64,000 nucleotides of DNA, taken from assembly GCA_965199495.1 (NCBI GenBank), contig CBDASK010000003.1:3840001-3904000 (forward strand). The letters run 5' to 3'. The DNA comes from Abditibacterium sp. Lineage in GTDB: Bacteria > Armatimonadota > Abditibacteriia > Abditibacteriales > Abditibacteriaceae. Position 1 is the first letter of the stretch. Every line of letters begins with the position of its first letter. The notes beneath the pieces are model-generated. The model ran no database searches and was not told the DNA's origin. It saw nothing but the letters and a program-made list of their open reading frames with translations. Below, one piece after another: positions 39,389 through 49,427 of this stretch. The position numbers were made by a program, and so were the translations under genes.

Positions 39389-40572
39389 ACCAATCCGATG
39401 AAGAACTCTTGCCTTTTAACAAGGTCGCGTTGCTGTTGGGTTGGTTTCAACTCGGCGGCGCGGAACGGCAAGCGTTTTTGTTGGCGCGCGAATTATACGC
39501 GCGCGGCGTGGCCGTCGAGATGTGGGCTTTTGAAAGCGATGGCACGCGCGCTGGCGACGATGTGACCACGTTGTGCGATGCCGCCGGAATTGCGTGGCGC
39601 ACTTTGCCGCGACCGATGGGCAAAAGTTCGTTAGTCGCGAATTTGCTCAGTTTATGGCGCGTGTTTTGGGCCATGCGCAACGCGCGCGCCGACGTGATAT
39701 TGGGTTATACGTTGCTGCCCAATGTCATAGTTGGTCTGATGTGGCGCGCTTGCAATGCGCGCGCGTTTTTGTGGGGCCAACGTTCGGGCGATTACGAGTT
39801 CGTCGGGCATCGTTTAGAGCGTATAGCCGTTAGTCGCACGCGCGTTTTTACTTCTAACTCGCATCACGCCGCGCAGTTTTTGCAGCAGTCTTACGGCGTG
39901 GCTGCTGATGCCGTTCACGTCATTCCCAACGGATTGTATTTGAAAGCGCCTCTGCGGACGCGTTATGCTTGGCGGGGCGAATTGCAATCGAGCGAAACGC
40001 GCGTTATCACGTCAATGGTGGCGCATCTCTGCGGTTACAAAGACCACGCGATGCTGGTGCGGGCGTGGGCGCGCGTTGTCAATTGGGAGCGCGCCAATGG
40101 GCGCGCCGAAGACGAAATGCCGTTGCTGGTGTTGGCCGGGCGTTTTGAAGACGCAACCGACGAAGTTCGTCAACTGATTGATTCGTTTCATCTTGGGCGA
40201 TACGTCAAACTGTTGGGCGCCGTCGAAGATGTCACCGGCTTGCTGGAAGCGAGCGATTTATGCGCATTTTGCTCCCAAGTTGAGGGCGTGCCCAACGGCG
40301 TTTTGGAAGCGATGGCGTGTGGTTTAGCGGTTGTCGGCTCCGATATCCCCGGTGTGCGCGAGGCTGTTGGCGAAGAAAACGCGGCGTTTCTGGCGCCTTC
40401 GGGCGATGACGAGGCGCTCAGCCACTTGTTATTACGCTTCCTGAATGACGCCTCACTGCGCCAAAAAGTCGGCCAAGCCAACCGCCGCCGCACAGCCACG
40501 TCGCATTCGCCTTCCGCTTTGTGCGAGCGTTATCTGGCCCTTATCAACGCGGAATTGTCCGCAAGGAACTAA
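39385..40572 (+). CDS. Glycosyltransferase family 4
   Basis: GGAERQA, VIPNG, EGVPNGVLEAMACG. Confidence 0.9.
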   Translation: MNQSDEELLPFNKVALLLGWFQLGGAERQAFLLARELYARGVAVEMWAFESDGTRAGDDVTTLCDAAGIAWRTLPRPMGKSSLVANLLSLWRVFWAMRNARADVILGYTLLPNVIVGLMWRACNARAFLWGQRSGDYEFVGHRLERIAVSRTRVFTSNSHHAAQFLQQSYGVAADAVHVIPNGLYLKAPLRTRYAWRGELQSSETRVITSMVAHLCGYKDHAMLVRAWARVVNWERANGRAEDEMPLLVLAGRFEDATDEVRQLIDSFHLGRYVKLLGAVEDVTGLLEASDLCAFCSQVEGVPNGVLEAMACGLAVVGSDIPGVREAVGEENAAFLAPSGDDEALSHLLLRFLNDASLRQKVGQANRRRTATSHSPSALCERYLALINAELSARN

Positions 40573-40577
40573 ATTTT

Positions 40578-42500
40578 ATGTGCGGCATCGCAGGCATTCT
40601 TCAACTCGATAATCGTCCGGTCAACGAACGCGAAGTGCGCGCCCTGACGCGCGCGCTGGCGCATCGCGGGCCGGATGGCGAAGGCGTGCGTTGCGCGGGC
40701 AACGTAGGGTTGGGGCACCGGCGGCTTTCGATTATTGATTTGGAAGGCGGCGCGCAACCGCTTTGCAACGAAGATGGCACGGTTTGGGTCAGCTTCAACG
40801 GCGAAATTTATAATTACGTCGAGTTGCAGCGCGACTTGGAAGCGCGCGGTCACGTCTTCGCCACGCACTGCGATACCGAAACCATCGTTCACGCCTACGA
40901 AGAATGGGGCGCGGCGTGCGTCGAAAGGTTTCGCGGGATGTTCGCGTTTGCGATTCACGATGAGCGCCGCCGCCAACTGTTTCTGGCGCGCGACCGATTG
41001 GGCGTCAAACCGTTGGTTTATCGCGTCGAGCCGGAGCGCGTGGCGTGGGCCTCGGAATTGGGAGCGCTCGAAGCGTTGGAAAACGCGCGCTGGGAAATAG
41101 ATTATGGGGCGCTGGGCGCGTTTTTGCGCTTGCAATACATTCCCGCGCCGCTCACGATTTATCGCGATACCTACAAATTGCCGCCCGGCCACACGCTTAC
41201 GCTGTCGCTCGATGCCAAACGGTTCGAGGGCGATTTAAAGCCGCAGCGTTATTGGGATTTATCTTACGCGCCCGACGAAAGCCGCAACGAGAACGAGTGG
41301 ATTGAAGAACTGCATCACGAACTGCGCGAGGCTGTGCGTTTGCGTTTGCGCAGCGATGTTTCGTTTGGCGCGTTTCTGTCGGGCGGCGTGGATTCGAGCG
41401 TCGTCGTCGCGATTATGGCCGAGCAGATGAGCCAGCCGGTGCAAACTTTTAGCATCGCGTTTCCTCACGACGATTTTTCCGAGGCGCCCTATGCGCGCTT
41501 TGTGGCCGAGCAGTGCGGCGCCGTTCACCACGAGGAAATGGTCGAAATGGACGCTTTGAGCGTGCTGCCGCTTTTGATGCGCCATTACGGCGAGCCGTTT
41601 GGCGATTCGTCCGCCGTGCCGACGTATTACGTTTCGCGGCTCGCGCGCGGGCACGTCAAAATGGTTTTGACCGGCGACGGCGGCGACGAATCGTTTCTGG
41701 GCTACAACCATCACAAAGAAGCGTTGCGCCGCGTGCAACCGTTCGCGGGCACGGGCGGTTTGAGCGCGGGCGAATTGAAATTGCGCATGCGTCGTTTGGC
41801 GGGCGATGCTTTGCGTGGCGTGGGCGCTCTGCCCAAACTCGATTCGCCGCTCAAAGTGTGGCGCAACATGGTTTTGACGACCAACGACGAGGAATGGCAA
41901 GCGCTGGCGGCCCCTTCTTGGCGCGATTCGACCGCGTTTTCCCCCCTCGCGCCCGGCTTGCCGCCCGGCGTGGCTGATGTTTACGCGCCGATACAATCTG
42001 ACCGCAAAGACTGGGATTTCTTCGCATGGACGAGTTACCTCGATACGCGCCATTATTTAGGCTCGAACATTCTGGCGAAAGTGGACATCGCGACAATGGC
42101 CAACGGCTTGGAAGCGCGCGGGCCGTTGCTCGATTATAAAGTCATCGAACTGGCGGCCCAAATGCCATCGCGCCATAAACTGAGTTACGACGACGCCGGA
42201 CAGAGCGAAGGCAAACGCGTTTTGAAGCGCGTCGCCGAACGTTATTTTCCCACTGAGTTCGTGCGGCGCCCGAAGATGGGATTTTCCGTGCCCCTCCAAC
42301 ATTGGTTGCGCGGCGCGGAGTTGCGCGAAGTCGAAGCGCGCCTGACCGAATCGTCGTCGCGTTTGGGCGAACTCATCGCGCCCGATGGCGTGCGCGCCTT
42401 GGTGCGCGAACAGGATGTAAGCGGCGACCGTTGCACGCCCGTCTGGCAACTGCTCTGTTTGGACGAATGGTTGCGCCAACATCCGGGAGTTTCGCTATGA
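40578..42500 (+). CDS. asnB: Asparagine synthase (glutamine-hydrolysing)-family amidotransferase
   Basis: N-terminal MCGIAG, HRGPD, HRRLSIIDL, NGEIYN, LSGGVDSS, GDGGDE, KMGF. Confidence 0.93.
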   Translation: MCGIAGILQLDNRPVNEREVRALTRALAHRGPDGEGVRCAGNVGLGHRRLSIIDLEGGAQPLCNEDGTVWVSFNGEIYNYVELQRDLEARGHVFATHCDTETIVHAYEEWGAACVERFRGMFAFAIHDERRRQLFLARDRLGVKPLVYRVEPERVAWASELGALEALENARWEIDYGALGAFLRLQYIPAPLTIYRDTYKLPPGHTLTLSLDAKRFEGDLKPQRYWDLSYAPDESRNENEWIEELHHELREAVRLRLRSDVSFGAFLSGGVDSSVVVAIMAEQMSQPVQTFSIAFPHDDFSEAPYARFVAEQCGAVHHEEMVEMDALSVLPLLMRHYGEPFGDSSAVPTYYVSRLARGHVKMVLTGDGGDESFLGYNHHKEALRRVQPFAGTGGLSAGELKLRMRRLAGDALRGVGALPKLDSPLKVWRNMVLTTNDEEWQALAAPSWRDSTAFSPLAPGLPPGVADVYAPIQSDRKDWDFFAWTSYLDTRHYLGSNILAKVDIATMANGLEARGPLLDYKVIELAAQMPSRHKLSYDDAGQSEGKRVLKRVAERYFPTEFVRRPKMGFSVPLQHWLRGAELREVEARLTESSSRLGELIAPDGVRALVREQDVSGDRCTPVWQLLCLDEWLRQHPGVSL

Positions 42501-43651
42501 ATCTGAAAAATAAGCGCATTATTTTCGTGTTGGGCGAATTTTCGTTGGGCGGCGCCGAGCGTCAGGCGCTGTTATTGGCGCGAATGTTTCAGCAAAAGTG
42601 TGGCGCTCACGTCGAAATTTGGAGTTTGCATCCCCAAGCGGGCCGCGTCTCGGAATTGTGTGATCAATTCGGTTTGCCGTGGCACACGCTGCCGTTGCAA
42701 TGGAATCCATCGAAGCCTGCTTTATTAAAAGATTTGGCGCGTCTGGCGTGGGCGCTACGTCGCGCGCGGCCCGATGTTTTGATGCCTTATATCACTTTTC
42801 AAAATGTCGCTTGCGGTTTGATTTGGCGCTTGACGGGCGCCAAATTGTGCGTTTGGAATCAGCGCGAAGAAGGTTTGATTCGTCTGGGCGCCAGCGCCGA
42901 AAACGCGGCGGTGGCGCGCACGCCGCTTTTTATCGCCAACTCGCGCGGCGGCGCCGAGTTCTTAACGCGCGATTTGAAAGCGCCCGCCGCCAAAGTTCAC
43001 ACGGTTTATAACGGCGTTGAACTGGCGCCGCCCGCGCGCGGGCGCGACCAATGGCGGCGCGAGTTGGACTTGGCGCCCGGCGATTTCGCGGCGTGTATGG
43101 TGGCGAACTTCAACGGTTACAAAGATCATCTGGGATTGTTGCGCGCGTGGAAACGTGCCGTCGCTTCATACAGCCACGGCGAGCGCGCGGTTTTACTGTT
43201 TGCCGGACGCACCGACGGTTCTTACGCCGAACCCTATCAAGCCGCGCGCGAACTGTGCGAACAATTGGACTTAAACGATCACGTCCGTTTCATGGGCGGC
43301 GTCAGCGATATTTCGGGTTTGCTCGGCGCCGTCGAATTGGGCGCGTTTTGTTCGCATTCGGAAGGCGTGCCCAACGGCGTTTTGGAATGTATGGCGAGCG
43401 GTCTGGCGATGGTCGGCTCCGATATTCCCGGCGTGCGCGAGGCCGTCGGCGAGAATTATCAATTTCTGTCGCCGCCCGGCGACGATGAAACTCTGGCCGC
43501 GACGATTATTCAAATGCAGCGCGACCCCGAATTGCGAGCGCGTCTGGGAAAAGCCAATAAAACGCGCATCGAAACGGCGTTTAGCCCCGAAACTTTGTTG
43601 GCGCGTTCCACCGAATTAATCGCGCGTTATTTACCGCAAACCCAAAAATGA
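42497..43651 (+). CDS. Glycosyltransferase family 4
   Basis: GGAERQA, YNG, KDH, EGVPNGVLECMASG; ATGA overlap with asnB. Confidence 0.9.
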   Translation: MNLKNKRIIFVLGEFSLGGAERQALLLARMFQQKCGAHVEIWSLHPQAGRVSELCDQFGLPWHTLPLQWNPSKPALLKDLARLAWALRRARPDVLMPYITFQNVACGLIWRLTGAKLCVWNQREEGLIRLGASAENAAVARTPLFIANSRGGAEFLTRDLKAPAAKVHTVYNGVELAPPARGRDQWRRELDLAPGDFAACMVANFNGYKDHLGLLRAWKRAVASYSHGERAVLLFAGRTDGSYAEPYQAARELCEQLDLNDHVRFMGGVSDISGLLGAVELGAFCSHSEGVPNGVLECMASGLAMVGSDIPGVREAVGENYQFLSPPGDDETLAATIIQMQRDPELRARLGKANKTRIETAFSPETLLARSTELIARYLPQTQK

Positions 43652-44616
43652 AAACCGCCGAATTGACAAATGTGCGAGTATCGGTCGTCATCCCGACTTA
43701 TAATCGCGGCGCTTCCATCGCGCCGACGATTGAAAGCGTTCTCGCTCAAGATTTGCCGCCCGAAGCCTTCGAAATCATCATCGTCAACGATGGTTCGACC
43801 GACGAAACGGGCGCGTTTTTGGACGCGCGTTACGGACAAAATCCGCGCGTGCGCACCTTTCATATTCCAAATGGCGGCGTGGCGCGGGCGCGCAATTTCG
43901 GGTTGGAACAGGCGCGCGGCGAATTCATCGCGTTTCTCGATCACGACGATTTGTGGTTGCCTCGAAAATTGCGTTTGCAGTTGGATCGCATCGAAAACGA
44001 CAAGAAATTCGGCGTGGTTTATAGTTCGTGGGTCGCCGTTGACGAAGCTGGCGCGGAGATGCCGCCGATTATTCAGTTTCAGCGCCAATGGTGGTGGCGT
44101 CCGCGCAATGGCTGCGCCTATCCGTGGACGCTGCTGCCTCATCCGTTGCAATTTGTGCGCAATCCGATTGTTTCGATGAGCGTCCCGCTCATCCGCACGC
44201 AATTGCTGCGCGAAATCGGCGGTTTTGATGCGCGCACTGTGCCTTCGGACGATTGGGATTTGTGGATTCGATTGTCGAAAATCTGCGATTTCGCGGGTGT
44301 CAACGAAGAGTTGGTGCGTTACGTTCACCACGACGGACAGCAGCATAAGCAGATGAAAACCGCGTATGCCTCGGCCCTCGTCATTCTGCGCAAACATCGC
44401 GCGCGTTGGACGCGGCGCCCGTGGCTGCGTTTCAAGCAAGGGGCGTATCGGCGAACCTGCTTCGCCCTGACTTATCACGCGCAAGCCGAAATCGCCGCAG
44501 AGCAAAAGCAATTGGGGCGCCTGATTTGGCTGGCGATAAAAGCCACGATTCAACGTCCCGAAACGCCGTTAATGCGGCGCTGGCACCGGCTTTTTGCCAA
44601 GGCTTTGGGGCGCTAA
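43648..44616 (+). CDS. Glycosyltransferase family 2
   Basis: VSVVIPTYN, NDGSTD, ARN.G, FLDHDD, DDWDLW. Confidence 0.92.
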   Translation: MKTAELTNVRVSVVIPTYNRGASIAPTIESVLAQDLPPEAFEIIIVNDGSTDETGAFLDARYGQNPRVRTFHIPNGGVARARNFGLEQARGEFIAFLDHDDLWLPRKLRLQLDRIENDKKFGVVYSSWVAVDEAGAEMPPIIQFQRQWWWRPRNGCAYPWTLLPHPLQFVRNPIVSMSVPLIRTQLLREIGGFDARTVPSDDWDLWIRLSKICDFAGVNEELVRYVHHDGQQHKQMKTAYASALVILRKHRARWTRRPWLRFKQGAYRRTCFALTYHAQAEIAAEQKQLGRLIWLAIKATIQRPETPLMRRWHRLFAKALGR

Positions 44617-44620
44617 AGTC

Positions 44621-45574
44621 ATGACATTCACCGATTCGTCACCAACGATTAGCGTCGTGATTCCGACTTATAATTCGGGCGCTTTGCTCAAACAAACGCT
44701 CGATTCGGCGTTGAATCAAACCCTCGCGCCGCTCGAAATACTCGTCGTTGACGACGGCTCGACCGATGGCACAGCCGACTGGATCGAGGCGAATTATGGC
44801 GCGCGCGTGCGCGTGATTCGGCAGCGCAACGGCGGCGTGGCTGCGGCACGCAATACGGGTTGGCGCGCGGCGCGCGGCGAGTGGATCGCGTTTTTAGATC
44901 ACGACGATGTCTGGCACTGCGACAAATTAGAACGCTTGCTCGATGCAGCCACGGCGACGAGGTCGGCGACGACGGCTTCGCCTGTGGGCGTGGTTTATGG
45001 GCGTTGGCGCGAAGTGGACGAACGCGGACAGCCGTTGCCCGCGTCGGCGCAATTGACGCGACAAAAACGGTGGCACGGCGCGAGCGGTTATGTTTTTGGT
45101 TGGCTCTTTGGCTGGCGTTGCCCGATAGTTTCGATGAGCGTGCCCATCGTGCGGCGCGATTTGTTGGAACAAATCGGCGGCTTCGATTCGCGTTGCGTGC
45201 CGTGCGACGATTGGGATTTGTGGTTGCGTCTGGCGCGCGTTTGTCAGTTTGGTTTTGTGGACGAAACTCTGGTGGATTATCGCTGTTACGCGACGCAACA
45301 AAGTCGCGACGAAACCAAAGCGTTACGCGCGGCGCGGCGCGTTTTGGGCAAGCATCGGTTCGATTTGGCGACGCGACCGTTGCTGTTTTGGTGGTGGCTG
45401 TGGCTGGGCGCGTTCGGCGCTTCGCTCCCGGCTTATAATGCGGCCAAACGCGCTGATTCATGGAGCGCGTTTGCTAAAGCGTTGGCGCGCGCGATGCGGG
45501 CGCATCCGCTCGCGTTGCTGGCGCCGCAATGGTTGGCTTTGATTGGTAAGTTTGGACTGAAACGTCGCGATTAA
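44621..45574 (+). CDS. Glycosyltransferase family 2
   Basis: ISVVIPTYN, DDGSTD, AARN, FLDHDD, DDWDLW. Confidence 0.92.
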   Translation: MTFTDSSPTISVVIPTYNSGALLKQTLDSALNQTLAPLEILVVDDGSTDGTADWIEANYGARVRVIRQRNGGVAAARNTGWRAARGEWIAFLDHDDVWHCDKLERLLDAATATRSATTASPVGVVYGRWREVDERGQPLPASAQLTRQKRWHGASGYVFGWLFGWRCPIVSMSVPIVRRDLLEQIGGFDSRCVPCDDWDLWLRLARVCQFGFVDETLVDYRCYATQQSRDETKALRAARRVLGKHRFDLATRPLLFWWWLWLGAFGASLPAYNAAKRADSWSAFAKALARAMRAHPLALLAPQWLALIGKFGLKRRD

Positions 45575-45583
45575 CGGTTTTGG

Positions 45584-47956
45584 TCAAGCGTCGGCTTTGA
45601 GCGCGCCCTGGGGCGCGATGACGCGGTAGACGCGCGTATCAGTGTCGTCGAAGGCGACGGGCAAATGTAGATGGTCGAGCAGTTTCATTTTCGAGGCGTC
45701 CAACTTTTTGTGAACCACGAAATAGCGCACGTCCAGTTTTTGAAGTTCGCGCAGCGCCGGGCCATAATCGAAACCGGGGCCGGGGACTTTGCCTATGGGT
45801 TCATTGGGCAGGAGGAAAATGTCGCTACTGAGCGCGCGCAGAAGCGGATTGTGCGCGGCGAGGGCGAACGCCTGCGGAGGACAACGCGAGACGATGCCAA
45901 CAATGGTGGCTTTTTCGTGCGTGACCTGCCAGCCTCCATAACGCTGGCTCAGAGCGACGGGCACATCCACGACGGCGTAATTTTGTGGGTCGTGCGCGAT
46001 GCGCTGGTAAAATGCGGGCACGCTGATGTCCGAAGTCGGAAACGGCCACGGCGCATACTCGAAAATCATCAGGCCCATCAGCCCCAGCGCCACAAGGGGT
46101 ACTATGGCGGCGCGGCGTTGGCGCACCGCACTTAAAAGTTGTTGCAATCCCACGGCGGCGAAGGGCGCACAACACATTAATACCAACACGCTCATACGCG
46201 GCGGCACGCGGAAGGCTTTGAAACCCGGCAGATAGGGCGTGAGCCAGTTGAACGGTAATTCGACGTTATGAATGCTCTCGAATGGCGACAGCGATAGCGC
46301 AAAGCGATTGGCCCAATCCAATATTTGTGTGGTGTTCCAGGGCGGATCGAGTCCGTTGCCGGGCGCGCCCAGAGCGGTCAGGTAAATCAGGGCGTTGTTT
46401 GCTCCACCATGAAGATAAATTGTGGGGCCAAAGGCGAAAACAAAGGCCGCAACGCCTGCGACGAACCACGGTAAAAACGCGCTTTGTTGTTCGCGCCCGC
46501 GACGCCAACAGAGCGGAAGCGCGCACAGCGCGAGAATACAAAAACCGGGCGTCACATTGGTTTCAACGCTATTGAACGGATTGTGCTTGCTCAATACCGG
46601 GTTCAATTTGCCGGGGGTAAGCCAACTGGACACGGCGATGGTGAACGTGCCCGACTCTGTCGAGCGTTTCATGTAAGACGCGCTACGACTTTCGCGCGCA
46701 AGGGGTATCAGCATCGGCGCCAGCAAAACCCCGCACACAGCCAACGCGCTCGCGGCGCTGGCGAGGCGTTGCCAGCGAAAGGCTTGCCCGGCCCGCCGCA
46801 GACTCCACTCGACGCCAATCCAGAGCGCGACGGCGACGAACGTGCCAAAGAGCAGATATTGCCAGTCGCACAAGCCCGCCAACGCCAGCGCCACGCCCGC
46901 TCCCAACACGGTGCGCGCGCGGCCATCGAGCAGGGCCGCATAAAAAAGGCCCGCGAAAACCGGCAGAAACTGCGCCGATGTCAGATTGGCGTGCCCCAAT
47001 CCGTGCATCATGAAATAAGGCGAAAACCCGAAAACCGGCGCGACCAAAAACGAGGCCAGACGCGCGCGCGTTAAGCCGCACGAAAGCCAGTAGGCCGCGA
47101 AAGCGCACAGCGCGGGCGTCAGTAAAAACAGCAGATTATAAGTTTCAACGGGCGAGAAAAAATGGAGCAACGGCCACGCCAGCGCGCAATCGAACCAGTT
47201 CATGGTGTGGAATAACAGCGGCACCGAAGACGGATAAAACAGGAGGTTGGTCGAAAGCAGCGGTGCGCCGGTTTGCAGCGCGTGCGAGAAATACCAGTTG
47301 TTCCACACGAAAACCCACGCATCGCCGCCATCACCCGCCAAAGCGCTGCTGAGTTGCTGCGCGACGGGCCACGTTAGCACAACCGAGAGCGCGAGGTAAG
47401 CCGCGAACACGAGGGGCCAGCCGCGCCACGCGACCGAAAAATCGGGTGCGACGGGCAACGGGCGCTCGCGTTTCGCTCTCGCTTCGCGCTCTGCGGCGGC
47501 GGCGTGGCTGCTCTTGAGAACAGCACTCGTTGGCAAAGGCTCGCGGTCGTCAACGACCAGCGTTTTGGCTAATCGGTCGTGCCAGCCACGGCGCAATGGA
47601 TCGGAGAGAATCGGCAGAAAACCGACTTTGAGCGGCAGGCACGCCAACGCGTAACCGCCAACGCGATAAAGCGCGCGACGGGCGTTCATCGGCTCGCCAT
47701 CGGCGGCGATGACGCGCACGCGCCACAACTGTTTGCCCGGCGTCTGCCCGCTCGACCAACCCCACCACAAATAACACCAGCACGCTATCGGACTCAGATA
47801 TTGCATCCGCGTTAGCCAGAGCAACGGGTCGGGCGAGAAGTAGGTCACGAAGCTGAGGGGGATCAGATGTGCCAACAACAAAAATAGGGCGTCGGTCGCC
47901 GAGGCCGCCCAACGCCGAAAGGGAGAGGCCAAGAAAACACCTTCAAAGGCAGACAT
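45584..47956 (-). CDS. RDD-domain fused multi-pass membrane protein (GT-C/YfhO-like)
   Basis: N-terminal RR..A..D, GQTPGK, RGWHD RDD motifs; then more than 10 TM helices with D...FVWN.W, FYP, FGFSPY, FRVP.R. Confidence 0.75.
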   Translation of the reverse strand: MSAFEGVFLASPFRRWAASATDALFLLLAHLIPLSFVTYFSPDPLLWLTRMQYLSPIACWCYLWWGWSSGQTPGKQLWRVRVIAADGEPMNARRALYRVGGYALACLPLKVGFLPILSDPLRRGWHDRLAKTLVVDDREPLPTSAVLKSSHAAAAEREARAKRERPLPVAPDFSVAWRGWPLVFAAYLALSVVLTWPVAQQLSSALAGDGGDAWVFVWNNWYFSHALQTGAPLLSTNLLFYPSSVPLLFHTMNWFDCALAWPLLHFFSPVETYNLLFLLTPALCAFAAYWLSCGLTRARLASFLVAPVFGFSPYFMMHGLGHANLTSAQFLPVFAGLFYAALLDGRARTVLGAGVALALAGLCDWQYLLFGTFVAVALWIGVEWSLRRAGQAFRWQRLASAASALAVCGVLLAPMLIPLARESRSASYMKRSTESGTFTIAVSSWLTPGKLNPVLSKHNPFNSVETNVTPGFCILALCALPLCWRRGREQQSAFLPWFVAGVAAFVFAFGPTIYLHGGANNALIYLTALGAPGNGLDPPWNTTQILDWANRFALSLSPFESIHNVELPFNWLTPYLPGFKAFRVPPRMSVLVLMCCAPFAAVGLQQLLSAVRQRRAAIVPLVALGLMGLMIFEYAPWPFPTSDISVPAFYQRIAHDPQNYAVVDVPVALSQRYGGWQVTHEKATIVGIVSRCPPQAFALAAHNPLLRALSSDIFLLPNEPIGKVPGPGFDYGPALRELQKLDVRYFVVHKKLDASKMKLLDHLHLPVAFDDTDTRVYRVIAPQGALKADA

Positions 47957-48000
47957 AATTGGGTCGCCCTTCGCGCGTCGGAAAAGCGGCTCACAAAAGG

Positions 48001-49170
48001 TTACTTCAATGCCAACTCATACGCTTTCAATACGCCGCGCGCCTGCGCCTCGACGGTGAAACGCTGCGTCCAATTTTTGCCGCGTTGAATCAGTTCGTCG
48101 CGCAAATCGGCGTCGCGCATCATCAGTTCCAAACCATCGCGAATAGATTGCGTTTCGTAGGGATCAATTTTGACGGCGGCATCGCCCGCGACTTCGGGCA
48201 TCGAAGCGCGATTGCTCGTCAAAACCGGCGCGCCCGCCGCCATCGCTTCGATGATGGGCAAACCGAAACCCTCATACAAACTTGGATAAGCGAAAACCTG
48301 CGCGCCCGCGTAAAGCGCGGGCAGTTCCTCGTCCAAGACGTAGCCAGTGAAACGAATATCGGGATCGGTTTTTTGTAAGTCGTCGCCCCAGCCGGGTTTG
48401 CCGGTAATCACCAACTGTTGCAGCCACGTCGGGTTGGCGCGCTTGATTTGGCGAAACGCTTTGATCAAACGCGCCACGTTTTTGCGCGGCTGCAAAACGC
48501 CGACGCTCAAAACGTAGGGCGCGTCGGTCAAATCGTATTTGCGACGCAGTTCGGCGATTTGCGCGGGCGCAACCGGCGCACGAAAGCGGTCGTCGAGGCC
48601 AATCGTCGTCAGCGAAATTTTGTTGGGATTGACGCGCAGCGCCCGCGCGATTTCGTTTTTGCTGGAACGGCTTTCGGTTAGAATGCGCCGCGCGCGCCGG
48701 ACGGAAAGCGGCATCGCCAGATTCATAATCGCGCGATCTTTGGCGGGGAATGTTCGGGGTAAAGCGCGCCACACGACATCGTGAATCGTGGTCACGAACG
48801 GGCAGGGCAACGGCCCCGGCGCCAGATAATTAACGTGAACCAGCGCGGGCCGATTTTCCCATGCCCAGCGTGGCAAAGTCCACGCGCTCCACACGCGGCC
48901 ATTGCGCGCGGGCAAAACGTGCGTCGCAAAGCGCGATGGACTTGACGCCGTGGCTGCTACGATCAAACCGGCTTCGTCGGGCGCGTCGAGCAAAATATCG
49001 AATTCGTAGGGCGACGGCACGCGCGCCAGACCGCGCAGAAGTCCCAGCGTGTAAGTGCGGTCTCCGGTTTTGGGCTGGAGAATCGTGCGCGCGTCAATGG
49101 CGATGCGAGGAAGTGTTGGCAAGGCGTGTAGAGTATGGATGTTCGCGCGAATTTGTGGCGAGACCAACAA
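48001..49170 (-). CDS. Glycosyltransferase family 4 (mannosyltransferase-like)
   Basis: IAIDAR, TIHD, PRKN, PSLYEGFGLP.IEAMA; true start may lie slightly downstream. Confidence 0.9.
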   Translation of the reverse strand: MLVSPQIRANIHTLHALPTLPRIAIDARTILQPKTGDRTYTLGLLRGLARVPSPYEFDILLDAPDEAGLIVAATASSPSRFATHVLPARNGRVWSAWTLPRWAWENRPALVHVNYLAPGPLPCPFVTTIHDVVWRALPRTFPAKDRAIMNLAMPLSVRRARRILTESRSSKNEIARALRVNPNKISLTTIGLDDRFRAPVAPAQIAELRRKYDLTDAPYVLSVGVLQPRKNVARLIKAFRQIKRANPTWLQQLVITGKPGWGDDLQKTDPDIRFTGYVLDEELPALYAGAQVFAYPSLYEGFGLPIIEAMAAGAPVLTSNRASMPEVAGDAAVKIDPYETQSIRDGLELMMRDADLRDELIQRGKNWTQRFTVEAQARGVLKAYELALK

Positions 49171-49211
49171 AAAAGCTCAAAAACGCGTTTACGTTCTTGA
49201 GCTTTTCTAAC

Positions 49212-49416
49212 TAACCCCGTGTGCAAGTTGTTTTTAGCTCCTCGCCTTGTCATTCTGAGCGCAGTGAGGCACGAACGAAGTCGAAGAATCCATCGGTCGC
49301 GAGTCAAATCGGCTTTCGTCGAAGCCGTTAAGTCATGGATTCTTCGACTTCGTTCGTGCCTCACTGCGCTCAGAATGACAAGGCGAGGAGCTAAAAACAA
49401 CTTGTACACCGGGTTA
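49212..49416. repeat. Inverted-repeat element family D copy 2 with extended arms
   Basis: Perfect 70-bp arms 49224-49293 / 49335-49404 plus about 12 bp of imperfect outer pairing. Confidence 0.92.
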
Positions 49417-49427
49417 ACTATAAAATC

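Noticed and set aside
40578..42500. AsnB-like enzyme as a lasso-peptide cyclase
   Set aside because: Has an intact N-terminal Cys glutaminase domain, sits among glycosyltransferases, and no B protein or precursor peptide is nearby
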